33,164 bases of DNA from the NCBI GenBank assembly GCA_021204565.1, contig JAJPZE010000055.1, positions 1 to 33,164 on the forward strand, given 5' to 3'. Position 1 is the stretch's first letter. Each line of letters starts with the position of its first letter. The translations under genes were made by a program, and so were the position numbers. This DNA comes from Prevotella sp. (GTDB lineage Bacteria; Bacteroidota; Bacteroidia; Bacteroidales; Bacteroidaceae). The notes under the pieces were generated by a model. The model saw only the letters and a list, made by a program, of their open reading frames with translations. It ran no database searches and was not told the DNA's origin. Shown in pieces: positions 1 through 7,799 of this stretch.

Positions 1-310
1 AGCCGTAGAACGTGCCTTGCATATTCGTTACCAGGCTTGTGTCCCAGTTAGCAAGTGCGCTAATGTCCGTTAGCCCCGTACAGCCGTAGAACGTGCAGTA
101 AAGCGTCGTTACTTGGCTTGTGTCCCAGTTAGCAAGAGGGGTCAAGTCCGTTAGCCCCGTACAGCCGTAGAACGTGCCTTGCATATTCGTTACCAGGCTT
201 GTGTCCCAGTTAGCAAGAGGGGTCAAGTCCGTTAGCCCCGTACAGCCGTAGAACGTGCCTTGCATATTCGTTACCAGGCTCGTGTCCCAGTTAGCAAGTG
301 CGCTAATGTC
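1..310. repeat. 81-bp coding tandem repeat, about 4 near-identical units, with a degenerate unit extending to ~395
   Basis: AGCCGTAGAACGTGC starts at 1, 82, 163 and 244. Confidence 0.95.
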
Positions 311-898
311 GGTTATCCCCGTCTGATAGAAAGCATAATAAAGCGTCGTACAGCTCGACACATCCCACGTCGAACAGAAGCTAATATCGTGCAACAGCGT
401 ATTCATAAACGCCCTGCCCAAGTTCGTCCACACTCCGCCATACATCGCAACGCGCGACAGCGACGTACACCGGCAGAACATCTCCCAACCGTAAGAACGG
501 TGTGAGGACGACAGCAAACCAACCGCCGCACGGAGATTCGTATTGTCTCCGAAATTAAGCACCACGTCGCCGCACCAGTACGCCCCGATAAGGTTGCTCC
601 CGTCCGCCAACGCCAACGTATCACACGTGCCGCGAACCGTCTCCCCCGCCGCAATAACCTCGTCGCTCCCGTCAACAGTAAGCACGCTCTCGCCGCCGTC
701 CCCGTTCACAAACACATACGCTATCGCCGCCCCCGTCGCCGCCCGCACCGCCGCTAACAACGACGCAACAGCACCCGCATCCGTAGCCACACTCGGCACA
801 AGAGACAAGAGCGTTTCCGCGTCAAACGACAAGCCCTTAATCCGCTCGCAGATGTTCTCCACCGCACCGCGCGTTATATGCGTTATCTTATCCGCCAT
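1..898 (-). CDS. DUF285/BspA-type leucine-rich-repeat protein, probable receptor-binding or surface protein (3' end outside the window; absent from the ORF track)
   Basis: Manual translation from ATG 898 (MADKITHITRGAVENICERIK...) is open to the edge and ends in 27-aa repeats such as LTDLTPLANWDTSLVTNMQGTFYGCTG, matching the WDTSxVTxMxxxFxGC pattern. Confidence 0.88.
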   Translation of the reverse strand, partial: MADKITHITRGAVENICERIKGLSFDAETLLSLVPSVATDAGAVASLLAAVRAATGAAIAYVFVNGDGGESVLTVDGSDEVIAAGETVRGTCDTLALADGSNLIGAYWCGDVVLNFGDNTNLRAAVGLLSSSHRSYGWEMFCRCTSLSRVAMYGGVWTNLGRAFMNTLLHDISFCSTWDVSSCTTLYYAFYQTGITDISALANWDTSLVTNMQGTFYGCTGLTDLTPLANWDTSLVTNMQGTFYGCTGLTDLTPLANWDTSQVTTLYCTFYGCTGLTDISALANWDTSLVTNMQGTFYG

Positions 899-916
899 AA
901 CCAAACATACTAATAA

Positions 917-1444
917 TTATTCAAACATTGCGTCTATCTCGTCCGCCGTTATCTTCTCAAAGTCGCTCTCGGTCAAGAAGTCGGAAAGGTCGTCTTTCTT
1001 CGCGTAATCTTCAAGCTCCGTCTCCTTTGCATAAGCGTCAAGGTCGGTTGTTTTCGCGTAGCTCTCCAACTCCGACTCCTTAGCATAATCGCTCAAATCA
1101 GTACTCTTGGCGTAGTCGGCAAGGGTATCATTCAACGCCTTCGTAACAGCCGCGTCCGCCTCCTCTTTAGTGTAGTAGTCCGAAAGGTCAACGTCAAGTT
1201 TCACCTCGCCTAACTTCTCCCATGCGTTGTTGGCGTAGACGTACTCCGTATAGATATTGTTATCTTCGGTGTTCTCCCCCGCCACAAGGTAAATCTTATT
1301 CGCCTCGCCCGTCTCCGGCAACTCGCTGACCACCGTCGCCAATTCAATACCCGCCACCGCGCTCTGCGCCGCCGCTGTCGCATATGCCTTTACCTTTGTT
1401 ACAAGCTCCTGCGTTCCCGCCATTCTTAAAATCTTTGTTGCCAT
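917..1444 (-). CDS. Short phage fibre/decoration protein with 9-aa LxDYAKxxD repeats
   Basis: VVSELPETGEANKIYLV...EYVYANNAWEKLG small beta-type module, DLSDYYTKEE motif, about six 9-aa repeats, C-terminal ITADEIDAMF. Confidence 0.75.
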   Translation of the reverse strand: MATKILRMAGTQELVTKVKAYATAAAQSAVAGIELATVVSELPETGEANKIYLVAGENTEDNNIYTEYVYANNAWEKLGEVKLDVDLSDYYTKEEADAAVTKALNDTLADYAKSTDLSDYAKESELESYAKTTDLDAYAKETELEDYAKKDDLSDFLTESDFEKITADEIDAMFE

Positions 1445-1472
1445 AGTCGTGTGTTATAATTAAATTAATGAA

Positions 1473-3320
1473 TTAAAACCAAAGTGTAATCTTCGTGCCG
1501 TCGTCGTACCCGTCAAGGTTATAGTCCGCGTCGAACGGCACGACAATATCATAATACCCTATATACGCCTCGCCGCACTTCACGGGCAGGAGTATCGTTC
1601 CCGCGTCCGAAGAGGACTCTCCCGAAAGACGGATAACAGCTTCACTGCTATTTCCCTTTATCGTGAACCGTATGACGCACGTGCCGATGTAGCCCGCGTT
1701 CGCAAGGTCGTCGGGCAAGGTATACGTCTCCGCGTCTACAATACGCCCCTGTATCACTTCCGCGTCGCTCACTCCCGACATATCAAACCACTTGTCCGCA
1801 ATGGAAACAAGGTCTTTGTTCGCCTTACGTAACGAGTTGAGCAAATCGCCGTCGGACAGGTCAATGGTGTTCGTGGTAAAGGTTAAGACGTATTTGATTG
1901 CAATGCTGTTAGCGTCTTTGCCGTATGCAACCTTATACGTGCTTATCTCCGTGCCGTCGACACTGATAAAGGTTACCGCGTAACCGTAGGTCTCCTTTAC
2001 TATCTCGGCAACGAACAACGTCTTATATGTGCCGCTCCCCGTCGCGTCTTTTACTACCGCGCCGGGATACAGCTCCGCCTCGACGAAATCATCAAACGAG
2101 GTGTACGTGTTGTCGTTCTCCGTAGTCGTTTCGTCCTTGTCAAACGCTAACGCTACCTTTATCGCGTCTTCCGTTGCACTCGCGGTAAGGACGGTTAGAT
2201 TGTTCGTTACCCACGCCGCATTGCCCGTCGCCGCTTCCGCTATCATCTCCGCCACCGTTTCTTTGGAGCAAGGATCCTCTTCTACAAAAGCGTTTAGTAT
2301 GGCGTTATCCGCGCTCGTATGCGCTACCGTCCAAGCCGACCACTCTCCAATCTCCCCATCAAGGTCGCACTCCTTTACCTTATAATGCCTTACGTATTGG
2401 TATACGATATTGTCGTTGTGCTTATTACCGTCAATCACACCGTCGTCGTTAGGCATCTCGTGGGTGGTGAAGACCTGCGTTATCAGGTGAATGGAGTCGT
2501 CGGTGAAAACGTCAAGCACACCGACGTTCTTCCATACTGTGCCGGCTACGTTTGGTGAAATAACGACGTACCGCGACGTAACGCCGCTATACGGGATGTC
2601 GGTCAACGTATCCAAATCGGTTATCGCCACCGTTTTCTCCGCCACGAGCGCGTCCGTCTCGTCTTTGGTGTAGAAGTCCGATAAGCTAATGGTCTTTTTC
2701 GTAAGAACAAAACCAACCGCCCCGTCGTCCGTCGTCGTCTCTTTAAGCTCAAAGCTTTGAACGTGTCCTTCGGGCGAAATGGTCGCGAAGTAAACAGCCG
2801 GGCTCGAAGAACTACTGTCGACATATGTAACAAGCAAATTACGGCACCCGTCGCCAAAACACAGGTCGCGGATTATCGCCCCTTGCTTCAATACCGTAGA
2901 GATGAAGTCGTTGAAACTGCCGTACTTCTCAACAATCGCGATATAATCCCCTAACGCTTGATTGTAAAGGGTCTCCGTCGGGTCGAACGTTATCGTCTCT
3001 TCATCGTTGTTCAGCTCGGTCAACCCGTTCACCTGCCACACTGCCGCACAAGAGGCTATCGCCGTGCTTATTGCCTCCGCCACCTCATCCTTAGTATTGT
3101 AATTGGAGAAGTCGATGCCCGCTATCAGTTGCTGAATGAGTTGCAACGCTTCCGTTTTGGTGTAGTAGTTGCCGGCATCGGAAAGCCCGTGTGCGACGAG
3201 TATCTTTCCCGACAACTTGGAGAGGATATACGCCAATCCGTTCTTATCTAACAATTCGTTTGCCGCTTCGATCGCGCTCGTATCGCATTCCGTGCCGGCG
3301 AGGGTTATCTGTGTTGCCAT
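1473..3320 (-). CDS. Acidic fibre-associated structural protein with an internally duplicated domain
   Basis: 615 aa; YYTKTE, YNTKDE and FYTKDE stalk-type motifs; lies in the fibre cluster. Confidence 0.65.
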   Translation of the reverse strand: MATQITLAGTECDTSAIEAANELLDKNGLAYILSKLSGKILVAHGLSDAGNYYTKTEALQLIQQLIAGIDFSNYNTKDEVAEAISTAIASCAAVWQVNGLTELNNDEETITFDPTETLYNQALGDYIAIVEKYGSFNDFISTVLKQGAIIRDLCFGDGCRNLLVTYVDSSSSSPAVYFATISPEGHVQSFELKETTTDDGAVGFVLTKKTISLSDFYTKDETDALVAEKTVAITDLDTLTDIPYSGVTSRYVVISPNVAGTVWKNVGVLDVFTDDSIHLITQVFTTHEMPNDDGVIDGNKHNDNIVYQYVRHYKVKECDLDGEIGEWSAWTVAHTSADNAILNAFVEEDPCSKETVAEMIAEAATGNAAWVTNNLTVLTASATEDAIKVALAFDKDETTTENDNTYTSFDDFVEAELYPGAVVKDATGSGTYKTLFVAEIVKETYGYAVTFISVDGTEISTYKVAYGKDANSIAIKYVLTFTTNTIDLSDGDLLNSLRKANKDLVSIADKWFDMSGVSDAEVIQGRIVDAETYTLPDDLANAGYIGTCVIRFTIKGNSSEAVIRLSGESSSDAGTILLPVKCGEAYIGYYDIVVPFDADYNLDGYDDGTKITLWF

Positions 3321-3335
3321 ATATATAACAATGTA

Positions 3336-4787
3336 TTAAAAGAGTTGGTCAATATCTTCTGCGGAAATCTCGTCGAGACCGTCGGCATTCACGCTCCCCG
3401 ATATTTTCACGGTGTTGCCCGTGCGCTCCGCCGTAAGGTTCAGCGTGTCGGTGTCGGCGGTGTTTATCTCCGTTATCGCGTCGCCGCCCGCCGTACTTGT
3501 AGAGCTACCCGTGCCATCGCCCGCGTCCGTGTTGTCAAACATCTCGTCTATCTCGTCCGCCGTTATCTCTTCAAGATTAAGAGCCTCCGTTATAGCGTCG
3601 CCGTCAATAAGCGTAAAGCTATCCAACAACTCGTCAATCTCCTCTTCGGTTATCAGGGAGTACTCCGACGTGCCGCCGACGCGGTTAAGCACCTTGTCGC
3701 ACCGCACCCAGACATATACGCCTCCGCCGTAGATATACGCCTTGTCCTGCCATAGCCCCGCCTCTTCGCCGGGCGACGACATATACTTATCCACCGTGTC
3801 CCAAAGGGTATAGAACGTGAACACCGGCACAAGCTCCGTGCCGACAATCACCGCACTTCCTACGTATGCGGCAAATATCTTCTTGTCGGTCAGCCACGCT
3901 ATGCCGTCGTAGTTGTCGGGTGCGGTCTCTTCCTTTAATATTCCGCCCGTCTCTTCGAGACTCTGTATCGTGTCGAACCGCATCGTGCCATTGGTTGCCG
4001 AGCCGTCGGCAATGCTCTCTTTCAACTCGTCTAACGCGCTTGTTAGTTGCGGGATATAGCTCCCCGTGATGTTGTTCACGGTCGTGAGCAACGACGTGAT
4101 TTTCGACGTGTTGTTCCCCACGTCCGACTGCAACGTGGTAATATTGGTTGCATTAGTCCCCGCCGTCTCTTTCAACTCGTCTAACGCACTTGTTAGTTGC
4201 GGGATATAGCTCCCCGTGATGTTGTTCACGGTCGTGAGCAACGACGTGATTTTCGACGTGTTGTTCCCCACGTCCGACTGCAACGTGGTAATATTGGTTG
4301 CGTTCGTCCCCAACGTCTCTTGCAAATCGGATACGTTGCTTTGCAGGGTCTTTACCGCCGCTACCGCTTTCTCTTTATACCCTTCTAACGTATCCTTTAA
4401 TTCTTCTACGTCCGAAGAGATGTCGTCTAACGCCTCTGTCGGGTATGCGGTGATGTTGACGGCGTTGCCGGTGTTAATCCATACGGGGCGGTTATAGTCG
4501 TCGGTTTGGCAAACGATTAGCGTGCCGGACGTATCCGCCGCGCTGTCCGTTATTATTGCCCACCAGCCCGGAACGGGACGGGGGTACGACGCTATCAGCG
4601 TATCCATAGAGGTGAACACGCCCTTACCCGCGCCGCGAATGTTCGCCACGTCGGCATAACCGCCTACACGCAAGGTTTTGGCGACATCGGCTTTCCCCTG
4701 CGCATCGATGTCTCTCTTCGCCGTCAGCGTCTTTTCTACAACCAACGAGCCTTGAACTATTACGTCTTCACTTATTATTTTCGTCAT
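3336..4787 (-). CDS. Fibre/stalk protein with coiled coil and triplicated C-terminal acidic motif
   Basis: Beta-rich N-terminus, YPxPxPGWWA module, heptad-like stalk with a 50-aa duplication, ITEEEIDELL / ITADEIDEMF / ISAEDIDQLF near the C-terminus. Confidence 0.7.
   Translation of the reverse strand: MTKIISEDVIVQGSLVVEKTLTAKRDIDAQGKADVAKTLRVGGYADVANIRGAGKGVFTSMDTLIASYPRPVPGWWAIITDSAADTSGTLIVCQTDDYNRPVWINTGNAVNITAYPTEALDDISSDVEELKDTLEGYKEKAVAAVKTLQSNVSDLQETLGTNATNITTLQSDVGNNTSKITSLLTTVNNITGSYIPQLTSALDELKETAGTNATNITTLQSDVGNNTSKITSLLTTVNNITGSYIPQLTSALDELKESIADGSATNGTMRFDTIQSLEETGGILKEETAPDNYDGIAWLTDKKIFAAYVGSAVIVGTELVPVFTFYTLWDTVDKYMSSPGEEAGLWQDKAYIYGGGVYVWVRCDKVLNRVGGTSEYSLITEEEIDELLDSFTLIDGDAITEALNLEEITADEIDEMFDNTDAGDGTGSSTSTAGGDAITEINTADTDTLNLTAERTGNTVKISGSVNADGLDEISAEDIDQLF
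4016..4321. repeat. 150-bp in-frame tandem duplication (2 copies)
   Basis: TTCAACTCGTCTAACGC at 4021 and 4171; the copies differ at only a few positions. Confidence 0.95.
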
Positions 4788-4799
4788 AATGTCTGCTTG

Positions 4800-5447
4800 T
4801 TAATCGGTTAATGATTGTGCCCTCGACTGCAACGCCTGTGCCGTGTCCGCCGCGCCGCGCTCCAATGCCGTCAACGCCGCTATCTCGCACACGCACGCCC
4901 GGTATAAACGGGTCGGGATGTCGATAACCTCGTCCCCGTCCTCACCGGTTACGATGTACGGCAACGGGATATACGCCGCTTCGGCTACGGTTGCGTCTTC
5001 GCTGTCCGACGAGTAAAACTCCAACGCCTTGCCCTGCGCCCGCTGTATGATAAACACCTCAGGACGCTCCGCCGTGCCGCGCAACGCCTTAACAGGGCTT
5101 GACTGCAAGGCGTAACGCGGGTCGCTGTCGAAAGCCGCCGGTGATACGCCGCGCGCCCAGTCGCTCATACGGAACGTTATCAGACGATAGAAGTCGGCGG
5201 GGAGTATAACCGCGCCCGCACCCTGATTGCCCCAAAGAACGCCGCCGGTGAAACTCTTCCCCTCGCCCAACGCTATCACGGGCGCAACGGAGAGTATCGT
5301 CCTTACGCCGTCGGTGATGTTGCGGTGTATTGCCTCGTCGAGCATGCGCGTGTTGATGTCAACGGCTAAAAGGTCGTTGTTGACGCGGTTGCGGTCGAGA
5401 GCGATGCGCACGTCGGGGATAAGCTTGTCGCTAACGGCTGCAATCAT
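4800..5447 (-). CDS. Phage structural protein, putative head-tail adaptor
   Basis: 215 aa; helical N- and C-termini around a beta-rich core (ILPADFYRLITF), as in podovirus adaptors; second gene after the capsid gene; TAATG-coupled to the upstream gene. Confidence 0.55.
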   Translation of the reverse strand: MIAAVSDKLIPDVRIALDRNRVNNDLLAVDINTRMLDEAIHRNITDGVRTILSVAPVIALGEGKSFTGGVLWGNQGAGAVILPADFYRLITFRMSDWARGVSPAAFDSDPRYALQSSPVKALRGTAERPEVFIIQRAQGKALEFYSSDSEDATVAEAAYIPLPYIVTGEDGDEVIDIPTRLYRACVCEIAALTALERGAADTAQALQSRAQSLTD

Positions 5448-5971
5448 TACTCTTTCACAACGAATTTAATGCCGTTAGCCTTTGCCTCCGCTAATACCGC
5501 CGCCACGCTTAACAGTTTCTTCGACGGCACGCCGCACTCCTTTACAAGGTATTGCTTGCCGTCGCTCTCGATGTCCGACACCTCTACCGCTATCAGCCCG
5601 TCGGCATCCGTTGCCGTCTCTGCGGGGCTCTCTTCCGCCGTCGTTGCTTCGGCTATGGGGGTAACGGGCGTTTCCGTTACGGTATCCGCTTTGGTTGCCG
5701 TCTTGACGGTCTTGGCGGTTGCAAGTTTCTGCGCGGTCTTATACGTCTTTAAGAGTTTTATCTTCCCCGACTTAAACTCTTCCGAGCTTTCGATTAAGTC
5801 TTGTATGGCAAGGTTCGACGTGCGGTACTGTGCGGGAGTAATGCCGCCAGTGTTTATCGCCCCGTCGGTAAACGACAACCGAAGCGTGATGTTCTGCTTG
5901 CAATGCAACGCCGTGTGCCACTCCGTCATGCCCGGCACACCGTATATCTTTAATGTTGCGTTCGTTTCCAT
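5447..5971 (-). CDS. Hypothetical phage protein following the capsid gene (two small domains joined by an Ala/Thr/Glu linker)
   Basis: 174-aa ORF, ATG with AT-rich leader, coupled to the next gene. Confidence 0.8.
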   Translation of the reverse strand: METNATLKIYGVPGMTEWHTALHCKQNITLRLSFTDGAINTGGITPAQYRTSNLAIQDLIESSEEFKSGKIKLLKTYKTAQKLATAKTVKTATKADTVTETPVTPIAEATTAEESPAETATDADGLIAVEVSDIESDGKQYLVKECGVPSKKLLSVAAVLAEAKANGIKFVVKE

Positions 5972-5987
5972 ATTTCAACTGAGAATT

Positions 5988-6021
5988 AAAAAAAACGGCG
6001 GATAACGCGCGTTACCCGCCG
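5988..6021 (-). terminator. Intrinsic terminator after the major capsid gene
   Basis: Minus strand CGGCGGGTAAC-GCGC-GTTATCCGCCG followed by T8. Confidence 0.85.
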
Positions 6022-6031
6022 CCGTAATGTC

Positions 6032-7591
6032 TTATCCCTGAACCGCTACGCCGGTGTAGAGCTTCCACGTCTCGTCGGAGTAAACTAACATATCGCCCGT
6101 GTTAACGGTCGTGCCGTCGGAAAACGTACACGGATTGAGGAAGTAATAAACGGTGTTCTCGTCCGGGCTGTCCGGCTCGGATGTAACGAACTCGAAGAGT
6201 GCCGCGCCGGTTGACCCTGCCGTGCCAATGGTCGCCGTGTCGTCGTCGCCGCCGTCAACCCAGATATGACAATTGCCTTTAAGTACTAAGGCATCCCAAT
6301 TGATGATACCGCTGCGGCTCGCCTCCGCACCCTCTATACGCTCGTTGAACGAATGCTCCGACGAACGGACATAACGAACAAGACGGTTCTCGCCGATGAT
6401 GGCAAACGAGTTGGAATATCCCAAACGGTCGAGCGTCGGCTCACGCTTGAACTCGAAATCGCCGAACACGGTGTGTATCTTCGTTATGCTCCATCCGAGC
6501 GCGTTGGTGTTCTGCGACACCATCACCTCTTGGTGCTTGCTCCAATCTATCTTCTGTATGGACTCGAGCGCGTTCTTGCCGCAAAGACAGATACCCGTCT
6601 TAGGCACATCCTCGCCCGTGTAATAAATCTTCGCCAAAGCAATGAAACGGTCGTAGTCCCAAGCTTCCGTCTGTTTCACTGCGCGTTTGAACTGCCAGAG
6701 AATACCTTCTGAGAACCATATATACTCCATACCGCCCGTTTTCGGCGCACGCACTTGGAACTTGCCCTTGCGTCCCGCCCAGAGGGAGCGGTTGGTGCGC
6801 ACCTTGTAGTTCGCTATCGCCTGCTCGGCAATAAGTGCCTGCGTGAACGCGGGGTTGTGCTTCTTCTGGTCGGCGAAATAATCGGAAACAACGCTGTTCA
6901 TTATCCTCTTTTGGAGATAAACAACTTCCGACTTCGGCGTAATCAAATCCGGCGCAACATTCTTCTGCGTCTCGTGGCACGCATTACTCATAATAATGCA
7001 CTCCGTCCCCGCAGGTATTTCAGGCATCGTGCAATACTCGTCGGTGGCGTTCGTCTTCGGACCATTCACCGCCCGCACTATCGGATAACCCGTCGTGGCG
7101 TCAAACCCGGTAACGAACAACATCAGATACTTGCCCTGCGTCTCCGTTTGTCCCGTGATGTCGTAGCCGTTCACACCCTTAACCAATAACGTGCCGAACT
7201 CCTGCGGTATACGCGCGTCGGTTGCGCTCAACGGCAACGTCGCTTGTGCCGCGCCGGAAGAAACATCCGCCGTAGTGGTTACTTTCGCTTTCGGCTCGTC
7301 AATCATACTATGCTCCACCTCCGGCGAATTTACCTTAATAGTCTTCGCCACTAATGCCAACTGCATAAGCGGAGTGTCGTCGCTCTGGAACTTAAATAAC
7401 TGTTCGTCTACATCCGGTTCAATGAGGTTGCCCGGTTTGATATCGCCCGTTGCGCTCGCCGCCGCACTGACGGTTGTCGCCTGTCCCGGCACTTGCGTCT
7501 CCAAGCCCGCCGTACCCGTACCCGGCTCGATGTCCCCCTGTTGGAGTTGCACTCTCTCGCCGTCAATCTTGGTTACATTCTCTACTGCCAT
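6032..7591 (-). CDS. Major capsid protein (HK97 fold inferred) with an appended C-terminal module
   Basis: 519 aa; follows a scaffold-like gene and precedes a strong terminator; TPLMQL and YLQK segments resemble Bacteroidales phage capsid proteins. Confidence 0.8.
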   Translation of the reverse strand: MAVENVTKIDGERVQLQQGDIEPGTGTAGLETQVPGQATTVSAAASATGDIKPGNLIEPDVDEQLFKFQSDDTPLMQLALVAKTIKVNSPEVEHSMIDEPKAKVTTTADVSSGAAQATLPLSATDARIPQEFGTLLVKGVNGYDITGQTETQGKYLMLFVTGFDATTGYPIVRAVNGPKTNATDEYCTMPEIPAGTECIIMSNACHETQKNVAPDLITPKSEVVYLQKRIMNSVVSDYFADQKKHNPAFTQALIAEQAIANYKVRTNRSLWAGRKGKFQVRAPKTGGMEYIWFSEGILWQFKRAVKQTEAWDYDRFIALAKIYYTGEDVPKTGICLCGKNALESIQKIDWSKHQEVMVSQNTNALGWSITKIHTVFGDFEFKREPTLDRLGYSNSFAIIGENRLVRYVRSSEHSFNERIEGAEASRSGIINWDALVLKGNCHIWVDGGDDDTATIGTAGSTGAALFEFVTSEPDSPDENTVYYFLNPCTFSDGTTVNTGDMLVYSDETWKLYTGVAVQG

Positions 7592-7649
7592 AAATTAATT
7601 TTGTATTTACTGTCTGTTAAAAAATTATACTTTACTGTCATATCTCTCC

Positions 7650-7799
7650 TTATCCTTTGTCCCGTTCCGCCTGTGGCGGGTCTGCGCGGAACAACACGCT
7701 TGCCGTCATACATTCTCCGGGCAATTGCGTCGGCAACCCCGCACTGCCCTGCGACGCTTTAATGCGTCCCGTACCGAACACTATCGTCTCGCCGTCCAT
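7650..7799 (-). CDS. 49-aa microprotein paralogous to the capsid N-terminal arm (below the ORF-track cutoff)
   Basis: MDGETIVFGTGRIKASQGSAGLPTQLPGECMTASVLFRADPPQAERDKG; ATG overlaps the scaffold stop (TAATG); 16/38 ungapped identities to capsid residues 10-47. Confidence 0.75.
   Translation of the reverse strand: MDGETIVFGTGRIKASQGSAGLPTQLPGECMTASVLFRADPPQAERDKG

Noticed and set aside
1-310. 81-bp repeats as a CRISPR array or DGR template/variable pair
   Set aside because: Units are contiguous and in frame with no unique spacers; differences are block swaps, not adenine-specific; no cas or reverse transcriptase gene in the window
5999-6006. CGGATAAC partial match to the late box
   Set aside because: Only 8 of 12 nt, it forms a terminator stem, and there is no -7 box 23 nt away
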